64,000 nt of DNA from Candidatus Atabeyarchaeum deiterrae (GTDB taxonomy: Archaea; Asgardarchaeota; Atabeyarchaeia; Atabeyarchaeales; Atabeyarchaeaceae). The notes beneath the pieces are model-generated. The model saw only the letters and a program-made list of their open reading frames with translations, was not told the DNA's origin and did no database searches. The stretch covers positions 2,528,001 through 2,592,000 of the forward strand of contig CP147780.1 of NCBI GenBank assembly GCA_037310415.1, in the 5' to 3' direction. Both the position numbers and the translations under genes were made by a program. This document shows, piece after piece, positions 19,144 to 28,089 of this stretch; the first letter of the stretch is position 1, and the number at the start of each line of letters is the position of its first letter.

Positions 19144-19782
19144 CTAGGAAATAAGTCTTAGCTCAACAGAGCCAAGAGTTTTCTGCATCATTTCCTCGAC
19201 GTGGAGTTTTCCCTCTTCTCTAATGACTCTCACAGGTTCGGTTGATGTCGCTGGTTTGCTGGGAACCGCCGTACAGCAAAGACCTGGCGAGATCGAGATG
19301 TCGTAAGTTCCTATTTGCTTCGCTATATCCATTATCTCCTGCTTATCCAACCCTATCAAAGGACGCAGGATAGGTATACTCACAGCTGAACTGATCGCCC
19401 TCAGGTTCTTTAGAGTTTGACTTGCCACTTGACCGATTGATTCACCAGTTACGAGGGCTTGGCATCCTTCTTTTGCAGCAATCTGTTCGCCCGTTCTGTA
19501 CATGAATCTCCTGCAAAGCACGCAGGTTAGATGTCGATCACAGTTTCTCATGATCTCAGTCTGGTTTGCGCCGTGTCCAGCTATGTAGAGTTTCAAAGGT
19601 TGATCGTAGAACCCTCTCAGAAGTTTTGCGAGAGTCTCGACCTTGCCTATGTTTTTCTTGTCCGAGTATGGCCAATTACTGAGGTGAAGTAGAACCATAT
19701 CGAATCCTCTTTTGATCATCATGTAGCAGGCAACTGCTGAGTCTATGCCACCCGAAATCAAGCATAACAACTTAGCTTTCAT
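19144..19782 (-). CDS. ThiI-like PP-loop sulfurtransferase, catalytic domain only (no THUMP)
   Basis: SGGIDS PP-loop, CVLC, GESIGQVASQT, RPLIGLDKQEI, distal CC; only 212 aa. Confidence 0.85.
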   Translation of the reverse strand: MKAKLLCLISGGIDSAVACYMMIKRGFDMVLLHLSNWPYSDKKNIGKVETLAKLLRGFYDQPLKLYIAGHGANQTEIMRNCDRHLTCVLCRRFMYRTGEQIAAKEGCQALVTGESIGQVASQTLKNLRAISSAVSIPILRPLIGLDKQEIMDIAKQIGTYDISISPGLCCTAVPSKPATSTEPVRVIREEGKLHVEEMMQKTLGSVELRLIS

Positions 19783-20053
19783 ATAGACCTAGATCCTCGA
19801 GCAACTTTTCAATTAGACTCTTTGCAACATTCATGTCTTCAATGTCCTTGATCAAAACTCTTCCTGAAGGGAATACGGTAAATTCGTAGTCCCTTTTTAC
19901 GACCATAACGTAGTCTGTTACGGCTATTAACTCGTATCCTTTGCTCTCGAGTTCCTTTGAAGACTCGGTGAGGTTAATTCTCACCTGGCGCTTCAATACA
20001 GCTTCAAAAGCTGCTTTCGTTGAACACGGTCTTATTATGAACATGCTAACCAC
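19772..20053 (-). CDS. Small protein resembling the C-terminal domain of long MoeB/ThiF enzymes
   Basis: FTVFPSGRVLIKDIED...AKSL motif; overlaps the ThiI-like start by 11 nt. Confidence 0.6.
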   Translation of the reverse strand: MVSMFIIRPCSTKAAFEAVLKRQVRINLTESSKELESKGYELIAVTDYVMVVKRDYEFTVFPSGRVLIKDIEDMNVAKSLIEKLLEDLGLYES

Positions 20054-20240
20054 ATCATGCCAGCATGAACCCGTCTACTCCTACAAGAGAGAATTCACCG
20101 TTTCTTTAATAAGCGTCTGCATCGTACCGCAGAGTCACGCGGCGTTGCTGGTAACTCGTATTCTGATCCACTATCAGAAAAAGGTGTCTATTGCGAGTAA
20201 CGATGTGTCTCGCTGAACGTTTGAGAAAGCAAGCAAGGGT

Positions 20241-21362
20241 TTGGTGTTGGTGATGGTCGAAAAACGATGGAGGCTCTTAGACCTAGGCGGAATTGAGCCA
20301 GTTGCCACCCAAGCGGTTTACGAGGCGGTAGCTTTGGCAAGGAGCAAGGGGATTGTTCCTGACACTTTGGTCATATGCTGGCCTAGATCCCCTGTTGTCT
20401 GTGTTGGCTATTTTCAGGAAGTGGACAAGGAAGTCGATGTCGAATACTGCAGAGCAAAGAAGATCCCCATAGTCAGAAGAATTCTTGGCGGGGGCGCAGT
20501 CTACTTGGATTCGAATCAGGTGTTCTACCAGGTCATAGGTCAAAGAGGAAGCGACGCGATCCCAGTTGCAGTTGAATCGATTTTTGGCAAAATGCTGGGG
20601 GCGCCAGTCAAGACCCTCAATGAAATCGGAATTCAGGCAACTTACAAACCCGTGAATGATATTGAGGTGGAAGGTAGAAAGATCTCAGGTAATGGCGCAG
20701 GCGAGGTCGATGGAATGGCTATTCTAACAGGGAATATTATTCTCGATTTCAATTACGATGAGATGACCAAGATACTGAAGGTTCCAGATGAGAAATTCAG
20801 AGACAAACTGGTCAAATCTCTTAGGGAAAGAGTCACCACGGTGAAGCGAGAACTTGGGCAGGTGCCTCACCGACAGAAGATAATGGAGCTGCTTGTGAAT
20901 AACTTTGAGAAAACGCTGGGAGTCAGATTCGATCATGGGGTTCTAACAAAAGAAGAGCAAAGACTACTTGACAAGCTCACAAAGGAGAAGTATGCATCAA
21001 AGGAATGGACATATGAGAATAGCAGTAGACACCCTGCCTTGTCACAAACAAGAATAGTAAAGATAAGCGGTCGTTCCACGATCGGACAGGGAGTCTACAA
21101 GTCATCCGGCGGTCTGATCAGAGTCTCCGGCGAGTTCGTAGAGAGCAGCATTAATGACATATTGATTAGTGGTGACTTCACACTGATTCCGTCAAATAAA
21201 ATACCAGAATTGGAGAAAGTACTCATTACCGCGAAACTTGACGATCAGAATCTGACAGGCATCATCAGAAAGTTCTATGAGAGCCACAAAATTGAGGCAC
21301 CTGGTTCTAGTCCCGGTGACTTCGCCAGAGCAATCTTGATTGCCTCAGGAGTAAGCCACTAA
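20241..21362 (+). CDS. lplA: Lipoate-protein ligase A (catalytic plus C-terminal domain)
   Basis: RRILGGGAVYLD, NDIEVEGRKISGNG, C-terminal KSSGGLIRV...ISGDF accessory domain. Confidence 0.9.
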   Translation: MVLVMVEKRWRLLDLGGIEPVATQAVYEAVALARSKGIVPDTLVICWPRSPVVCVGYFQEVDKEVDVEYCRAKKIPIVRRILGGGAVYLDSNQVFYQVIGQRGSDAIPVAVESIFGKMLGAPVKTLNEIGIQATYKPVNDIEVEGRKISGNGAGEVDGMAILTGNIILDFNYDEMTKILKVPDEKFRDKLVKSLRERVTTVKRELGQVPHRQKIMELLVNNFEKTLGVRFDHGVLTKEEQRLLDKLTKEKYASKEWTYENSSRHPALSQTRIVKISGRSTIGQGVYKSSGGLIRVSGEFVESSINDILISGDFTLIPSNKIPELEKVLITAKLDDQNLTGIIRKFYESHKIEAPGSSPGDFARAILIASGVSH

Positions 21363-21475
21363 CATCAGGAAACCATAGCCCAAGTATTGTCGCACGAAGA
21401 CGAAGGCGGTCCCTTCACAGAATTCTGCATCTCACCGTCTTGCTTCCAAGCCTTATCTTGATGAAGTTTTCTTTA

Positions 21476-22723
21476 TCATGTCTGCAGATTTGCACCACAC
21501 TGTGGACAATAGTTCACATGAAAGCCTTTTAAAGCCAAGCCACAATATGGACAGAAGCTGGGAGATGTACGAACCATTACTCCCCTTCCATCCTCGCTTT
21601 CCCCGAGAGTCCGATCTTCCCTGTTCTGAAGCACTGGGCGGATCTCTGCACCCCGAGCGCTGCTTCTTCTTCCCAATGTCTTTACCACTGCGCCGATGAG
21701 AAACAATCCTGCAAGCAGACCTCCGCCGCCGATTATCAGAATGATCACAGGGTCGACAGGAAATGCGATGGGTCCAGTATCAGGCGATGGCACTTTCTCA
21801 ATAATGAATCCATACCAGAATTGACTACCGGAATAAATTGTGAAGGGGTGGACTTGGCTGTAGTATCCATCTTTAGAGCATTCAAATTGATAGAATCCCG
21901 TCAATATATTGTTGAAATAGACGGCCCCCCATGAATCTGTAACATTCGACAGCGCGGGTTGACCGAATGGTTCGAAACTTGAGACAACGACAACACCAGC
22001 GACAGGTGCATTTGTGACCGAGTCTACGACCCAGATAGCCAACGACCCATTTGTCGGGTTCCATAACGATTCTGCCAATCCAAGGACGTCGTATGCAGTA
22101 CAGCAAATGCCTCCTTGTTGGCATGTTATGTCTATGACCTTTCCGCTCAAGTACTGGGATGCGCCCTTCATGACCAAGTCATTTGTCAGGTTGCGATTCC
22201 ATGAATACCAATGGCTGAGTTGTGTTCCAATAAGGAAGTACTTGTCGGCCGCAGTGTCAGTAGGCTGACTGCTCTGCAACCTGTAGTGCAAGTACAAGAT
22301 AGGTTGTCCTGGAGCTGTTATTGTCAGCACTGTTTCATGCCAATCCGAATCGTCAATTGACACAATTGCGAGCATAGCGCCTTGGAATCGGCTGACATTG
22401 GAGATCGAGTACGACAGTGGCTGGAAGAAGTAGTCATAGTAATGATTGTTCAACCCAGAGCATAATCCCTCATATTTCGAAATCCAGTCATCTGAATCAG
22501 CAACCAAGGGATGATTCACTACTGTCCATCCAGTGAAATCATCTGTCTCAAAGTCGCCATTTATTATTGCGTTTGTGCCATTGCTTGGTGAAGAATGATA
22601 TGCTGGATATGCCAACGCACTGCCGATGCTGGTACCTGGCTTAGCGATTGGGACAGGAGTCGCCAAGGCTACCAGCAGGACAGCAATGATTAACCCACTG
22701 GCCAGAATTCTCTGCTTTCTCAG
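21476..22723 (-). CDS. Single-pass membrane protein: CBM-like plus carboxypeptidase-regulatory-like ectodomain, TM, double zinc ribbon (no RING)
   Basis: INGDFETDDFTGWT; GQPAL..TD..G..YF domain shared with 11182..12243; TM; CPYC..CPQC. First canonical start is TTG 22666 but the signal peptide is encoded upstream (CTG 22723 proposed). Confidence 0.8.
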   Translation of the reverse strand: MRKQRILASGLIIAVLLVALATPVPIAKPGTSIGSALAYPAYHSSPSNGTNAIINGDFETDDFTGWTVVNHPLVADSDDWISKYEGLCSGLNNHYYDYFFQPLSYSISNVSRFQGAMLAIVSIDDSDWHETVLTITAPGQPILYLHYRLQSSQPTDTAADKYFLIGTQLSHWYSWNRNLTNDLVMKGASQYLSGKVIDITCQQGGICCTAYDVLGLAESLWNPTNGSLAIWVVDSVTNAPVAGVVVVSSFEPFGQPALSNVTDSWGAVYFNNILTGFYQFECSKDGYYSQVHPFTIYSGSQFWYGFIIEKVPSPDTGPIAFPVDPVIILIIGGGGLLAGLFLIGAVVKTLGRRSSARGAEIRPVLQNREDRTLGESEDGRGVMVRTSPSFCPYCGLALKGFHVNYCPQCGANLQT

Positions 22724-22821
22724 CTTGTCCGTCTCTCTTGTTCCTCCTCAATTGCACTAAACAATGAAATCGATTTCACACTCTTAAGTTCTTCTCTTGT
22801 AGCCACGTTGGTCTCCTTCTC

Positions 22822-24651
22822 TCAGGAATGGCGGATGATTAGTCTGCGCCCAGTATGCTCATCTTTGAGGTCTCCTTCGTTCAAATGGCTACCGCACATC
22901 GGACAGTAGTTCCTCAAATGGATCCACTGAAGCAGATGAGCTCTGTGCCCAGCATTTCCACAGTGTGGACAGTACAGGATCGGCTCACTTGATTCGACAT
23001 TTGAGCCACAGACCATGCATTTTCCTCCAACACGAGGTTCGATCTTTGCTCTCTCAATAGGTTTTATGGTCGACCTAGGAAACGTTCCCAGCCTTACCCC
23101 GCAGTTGAAGCAATACAATGAGTCAGGATGTGAAACCTCGGCGCCACAGTTGTGGCAATATCTCGGAGTGGAAATGGGAGCCGCCTCTCCGCGGACAGAT
23201 TCAGTCTCTTGTCGAAGGTCCCTTCCGATCGGATAGTCACGCATCGACGCTCTTACTTGACGACGTCGTATCGTCGAGACAACACCCATGATTGCGATCA
23301 GAAAGACTGCCCCTCCCGATATCAATAGAAAGTTGAAGTCAAAAGTGCTACCAGGATTCCCATCACCACCCAGATTACCACCGGTAAGCGGGGAAAGAGC
23401 AGTACCTATGCAGTAGACAGAATTTGAACCTACTGCCACTACGATTTCCTGTCTGCCATCTGCATTCAGATCTGCGAAGGATGGAGGCGCGCTTAAGTAA
23501 TCACCCAAATAGAATTTCCACTCAAGGCCATAAACCGTGTCACCGCAGTAGAGATTGTTATCAGAGCCTGCCACCACAACTTCGTTGCGGAGGTTTCCGT
23601 CCATATCGGCAATCCCGGGAGAGAAACTGTAGAGATAGGAGTCCGCCATAAAAAGATATTTCACTCCCTCGATCCCGTCAAGGAACAAGACGCTGGATCC
23701 TCCTGAGGGAATCACAACTTCCTGTTGGGAATCTGTGTCGATATTGCCGACCGCAGCGATTCCTCCAGATGGCGATTTGTAAATAGACTTTACTGAACCA
23801 TTGCCATTGAGACAGTAGATGTTGCCATCGTAAGATCCCACTACTATTACTGGCTTTCCACTTCCATCTCCATTGAAAACGACTGGGGGAAAAGTATAGT
23901 AGTTGTAATAGCTTGGTCCTTGGCTGCGACTCCAGTTCAAAGCGCCTGTTTCATTAAGACAGTAGATTGTGGTGGTTACCTGTCCATACTGGTCATACGC
24001 ACTTGAGAATAACACTATCTCAGGTTTGCCATCCTCGTTTAAGTCGGCGACGACAGGCGGCGAAAGACTGCCTCCTGCATTGAACTTCCACTGTAGTCCC
24101 CCCGTCCCATTTAAGCAGTACAGTGTATAGTTGTCCGATTCTGCAAATATCTTTTGGCCAACGCCTCCGCCAACTTTCGCTATTACCAGAGCCGGAGTGA
24201 TTGGACTTCCCGTCGCAAAGCTCCACTTCAAGCCACCAGTACTGTTCAGGCAGTAGACATACGAATTATAGGACCCAAGCACTATTTCCTTCTGTCCGTC
24301 ACCGTCCACATCTGCAGCCACAACAGAGGAAACGGAGTCTGGCACGCTTTGGGACACCCATTTCAAACTTCCATTATTGCCTAGCCAGTAGAAACCATAG
24401 TAACCGCCCTGACCGAAAAGGATCTCCAGCTTTCCATCATTGTCAATGTCATCGACGCAAGGTCTGCAGTTGAAGTAGCCCCCATATGTCTGATAGCGCC
24501 ATTCTATTGTCGGCACAATATAGCCATATACGAAATTTCGTTGGGTATGATTGTCCACCATCAACTTCGTAATGCCAAGTTGGCTTGTTCTAGCACTAGA
24601 CGGACTGCTTATCAATAGGGAAATAATCACTACCGCTCCGATGGCGAACAA
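22822..24651 (-). CDS. Single-pass membrane protein: FG-GAP/PQQ-like beta-propeller ectodomain, TM, double zinc ribbon, C-terminal RING variant
   Basis: Repeated DxDxDGxxEIV blades with YCLNxTGxLKW; TM then RRR; CHNC..CFNC; CMVC-x12-CPHC-x4-H-x2-H-LLQW-..CPMC. Confidence 0.88.
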   Translation of the reverse strand: MFAIGAVVIISLLISSPSSARTSQLGITKLMVDNHTQRNFVYGYIVPTIEWRYQTYGGYFNCRPCVDDIDNDGKLEILFGQGGYYGFYWLGNNGSLKWVSQSVPDSVSSVVAADVDGDGQKEIVLGSYNSYVYCLNSTGGLKWSFATGSPITPALVIAKVGGGVGQKIFAESDNYTLYCLNGTGGLQWKFNAGGSLSPPVVADLNEDGKPEIVLFSSAYDQYGQVTTTIYCLNETGALNWSRSQGPSYYNYYTFPPVVFNGDGSGKPVIVVGSYDGNIYCLNGNGSVKSIYKSPSGGIAAVGNIDTDSQQEVVIPSGGSSVLFLDGIEGVKYLFMADSYLYSFSPGIADMDGNLRNEVVVAGSDNNLYCGDTVYGLEWKFYLGDYLSAPPSFADLNADGRQEIVVAVGSNSVYCIGTALSPLTGGNLGGDGNPGSTFDFNFLLISGGAVFLIAIMGVVSTIRRRQVRASMRDYPIGRDLRQETESVRGEAAPISTPRYCHNCGAEVSHPDSLYCFNCGVRLGTFPRSTIKPIERAKIEPRVGGKCMVCGSNVESSEPILYCPHCGNAGHRAHLLQWIHLRNYCPMCGSHLNEGDLKDEHTGRRLIIRHS

Positions 24652-24871
24652 TCGATTTCGCGTTTTCAGGTATGACTCATCCCCCGGATACCCTCATCTT
24701 GATCTTTTAACGGGGGGAGATGCTCCTTTATATCTATCGTTTTCAAGGGTCTTGGCTTGTCCAGGTAAATCTTTTGCGTTGGAGGTAGGATAATGTATGG
24801 TCTACCCAGTCACCTTGAAATGAGCATACGTGACTCTAGAGATTCTAATGGAGAAGACCATCATAGGAGGT

Positions 24872-26011
24872 CTACCATGTCTGAGTTCCAGATATGATCT
24901 CTGCGATGTCAAGCACTGGCAGCTTTCTTTCTCCCTGCACACTTCTGTTTTGGACTTCGATCATCTGATCTTTGCAGAATGGGCAAGCAGTGGAGATAGA
25001 ATCCGCGCTGGTTGCGCGCGCCTCTTCTAGTCGCCTAAGACCAACTGACTCGGCAATATTCGGGTACGATGTTCTTAGACCGCCGCCACTCCCGCAGCAG
25101 TTGCTGTTCTTCTTGTTCCAGTCCATCTCAACAAGTTTGAGTTCCTTGACTTGTTGGAGGATGTTCCTCGGTTGGTCGTAGATGTTGCTGTGTCTTCCTA
25201 AGTGGCATGGGTCATGGTATGTGACTTTTCCAGCATGGGTTACTTCGGGGAGTGTTCTGCCTGATGAGTCAAGGTATTCAGTCAGATGCATTACTTTCGC
25301 GTCCAGTTTGAATCCTAGTCGTGGGTAGTCTTCCTTGAGAGTTCTGTGGCAACCTGGACACCCTGTGACTATTGTGTTGCATCCAAGCTTGTTTATTGAC
25401 TCAGCATTGTGTGTCAGAAGTCTCTTTGCTGAGTCCTCTAGCCCTAATCTGATTAGAGGTGAGCCGCAGCATTTTTCTGAGTCGGCCATCACGGTGTAAT
25501 TCTCATTCATCGTTTTGAAGATGGTTGTTATTGCGTTGGCGATCTCTGGATGCCGATAAGCTGTCGTGCAACCTACGAAGTACAAGGTTTCTGCTTTCTT
25601 AGCGCTCTTCTGGGTTCCCAGTTTGATTCTTGAGAATCTTTTGTTGTTTGCTTCCCCGTAGGGGTTGAAGTCTCTCAGCGTGGTCTCGTTCATCCGGGTT
25701 ACGCTTTGTGGTGACAATCCTTGGTGAACTATTTCCTTTCTGGCGGTCTCCATTATGCTGGCGACATCTACCTCCGGTTTACACCAAGTCTTGCATAAAC
25801 CACATGTGGCGCACTGGTAGATTGCCTCAACTGCTTTTGGGGAATATGCCATTTTCTTTATTGATGCAAGATAATAAGCAGAGCTGCGCCCGTAAGGTGT
25901 AATTGACTCATTCTTAGTTACTATGCCAGTCGGGCAAACAAATCTGCACATCTTATAGCATCCAGTACACATCTTAGCGTCGAAAAGCGAATCTCTTTGA
26001 ACTGTCGCCAA
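24872..26011 (-). CDS. (Fe-S)-binding protein, GlpC/HdrD-like with CCG domains
   Basis: CTGCYKMC..CP, CATCGLC..C, KCCG, YHDPCHLGR, CCGSGGG, ACPFC. Confidence 0.9.
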   Translation of the reverse strand: MATVQRDSLFDAKMCTGCYKMCRFVCPTGIVTKNESITPYGRSSAYYLASIKKMAYSPKAVEAIYQCATCGLCKTWCKPEVDVASIMETARKEIVHQGLSPQSVTRMNETTLRDFNPYGEANNKRFSRIKLGTQKSAKKAETLYFVGCTTAYRHPEIANAITTIFKTMNENYTVMADSEKCCGSPLIRLGLEDSAKRLLTHNAESINKLGCNTIVTGCPGCHRTLKEDYPRLGFKLDAKVMHLTEYLDSSGRTLPEVTHAGKVTYHDPCHLGRHSNIYDQPRNILQQVKELKLVEMDWNKKNSNCCGSGGGLRTSYPNIAESVGLRRLEEARATSADSISTACPFCKDQMIEVQNRSVQGERKLPVLDIAEIISGTQTW

Positions 26012-26026
26012 TGTGAGTCCACTTCC

Positions 26027-27463
26027 TCAGGTGATATCTAAACCGAGTTTTCCTGGGTTCATTATATTGTTCGGATCTAATGCCTTCTTCAATTTCACGA
26101 GGACTTCGTACGAGGAACCGAGTTCAGTTTTCAGGAATTTCCCTTTTAGCAGTCCTATGCTGTGGTGGTGACTCATTGTTCCTCCTGTGTCTAATGCGGC
26201 TTTCATTCCTTCTTCCCAGCATTTCTTGTAGATCTCTTCAGCTCGAATGTCATCAGACTCAGTTAAGACGAATATCATGTATATGGATCCGCCTTCAGTG
26301 TAGAAGTGTGAGAAGTGAGCCATGGCTTGAACCCGACCGCTTTTTTCGACGGCTTTCTTGACGTTCTGGTACAAATCCTCAAGCTTGTCATATGTGGCTC
26401 CGACATCAATTGTGTCGGCCAGCATGTGCATTCTTGCGTAGACGGGGTTCGGGTAGTACATGTTGTATCTCTTGCCAAACCATTTTTCCGCTTCTTCTGG
26501 TCCTAGGTCATTTCCTCCTTCTTCTTGGCAGATCTGGGTTGCTGCTTTCTCCTCAGCTCTAACAACGTCTTCGTTTCCTTCGAAGGTGAGTATTAGGAAG
26601 CAGTGTTTCCTTGGGATCTTTACCATCCCGAGGACTAGCATTGCATCCGTCTCGTCGTAGAGTCTAATGAGGCAGGGAATCACGTTCTTCCTGTAGAGTT
26701 TTCTCACTGCCTCGAGCCCACTGTGTAAGCTCGGTAAAATGAAACCTCTGAAGCGCCTCTCTTCAGGAAGCGGCATTATCCTGAACGTCAGCTCCGTTAT
26801 GATCCCCAACGTTCCTTCGGAACCTATGAAAATCTGGTTCAGGTTTGGACCAGTTGATGACTTTGGAGCTTTCCTTGTTCTGATGACTTCCCCCGTGGGT
26901 AGCACAGCTTCTAAACAGACAACCATGTCTTCTACTCTGCCGTATTTCGATGAGAATGTTCCAGCTGAGCGGCAGGCAGCAAATCCGCCTACCGATGAGC
27001 AGTACATGGAGGCTGGTTGATGAGGAAAGGTATAACCTCGCTTGTTGAGTGCATTCTCCAAGTCTTGACCAATGACTCCTGCTTGCACAGTCACCGTTGC
27101 AGACTTCTCATCTATCTCAAGTATCTTATCGAGTTTCTTTAGGTCAACAATCACGCCACCGTGAATGGGAATGGTTCCACCAGTTACTCCCGCACCGCCT
27201 CCATAAGGAATTACTGGTATCGTTTTTTCATTGGCTACTTTGACTATCTCTGCAACTTGCAACGTGTTTTCGGGCCAAACAATCACGTCGGGGAAAGGTT
27301 TGATGATACCTCTCTTGAACTCCATCAGTCTAAGAGACCAAGTATCTTTGCTATACGAGATTTTATCGAACAGAGCATCAGATACATTCTCTTCTCCAAC
27401 GATGTCTGTCAACGCTTGTTTGACATTCCCAACTTCTTCCTGTGGAATCCTACTGCTACTCAA
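26027..27463 (-). CDS. FAD-binding oxidoreductase, alkyl-dihydroxyacetonephosphate synthase (AGPS)-like / VAO family
   Basis: PYGGGAGVTGG, SSVGGFAACRSAG.FSSKYG, GSEGTLGIIT, HFSH, SHHHSIG, LDPNNIMNPGK. Confidence 0.88.
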   Translation of the reverse strand: MSSSRIPQEEVGNVKQALTDIVGEENVSDALFDKISYSKDTWSLRLMEFKRGIIKPFPDVIVWPENTLQVAEIVKVANEKTIPVIPYGGGAGVTGGTIPIHGGVIVDLKKLDKILEIDEKSATVTVQAGVIGQDLENALNKRGYTFPHQPASMYCSSVGGFAACRSAGTFSSKYGRVEDMVVCLEAVLPTGEVIRTRKAPKSSTGPNLNQIFIGSEGTLGIITELTFRIMPLPEERRFRGFILPSLHSGLEAVRKLYRKNVIPCLIRLYDETDAMLVLGMVKIPRKHCFLILTFEGNEDVVRAEEKAATQICQEEGGNDLGPEEAEKWFGKRYNMYYPNPVYARMHMLADTIDVGATYDKLEDLYQNVKKAVEKSGRVQAMAHFSHFYTEGGSIYMIFVLTESDDIRAEEIYKKCWEEGMKAALDTGGTMSHHHSIGLLKGKFLKTELGSSYEVLVKLKKALDPNNIMNPGKLGLDIT

Positions 27464-28089
27464 TTTTCATCCTTCCTCAAGATACACATAGATTTGCATC
27501 TTGCGAAAACCTTGATTACAGATACCAGTCGAAGTTACGAAGTTGTACGACATGCAAGATTACATATTATACTTCGTACTCGGCTCATTTTTCTTAGAAC
27601 TCCATGCCATTGTCTCATACAGCTTTTTCGCTGCCTTAAAAGCTTTGTAGCGATCTTTCAGTAAGAAACTTGCTTCTAACGATCTAAGTCGTCGTTCCTA
27701 TCTTTTTCTCCAAGAAGTATAGTGTGCGTTTGAACATGCAACTCCCCAACGATATCATTTTTGTCAATAAAAACAAACATCACTTTTCTTTATGTACTTC
27801 CCCTTGGTCGCGTTGCTACTGATCATAATTGAGCCGATACCATCTATGGGCAAGCGCATTATCGAGAACTTGACCAGCCTGCTAGATTCCGAATCCTAGT
27901 TATTAGTCGCTTGATTCGAGTCGGCCTCTCGGCAGAGATAATGCTCTGAGATAGAAAGACCTGCGCCATTACATGCCATTCGCAAGCCAAAGCCTTCTCT
28001 CTGCCTCGACATAAATCCGAGGATAGTGTGTGCATATCAAATCCTAAGACACGTGCAACCTTCCCCACGCCAAACCACTTTCCCGTTTA

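Noticed and set aside
23400-24480. Recurring nucleotide motifs (cagtagat/cagtagac etc.) as a CRISPR or tandem repeat
   Set aside because: They encode the repeated YCL / DxDxDG blades of the beta-propeller
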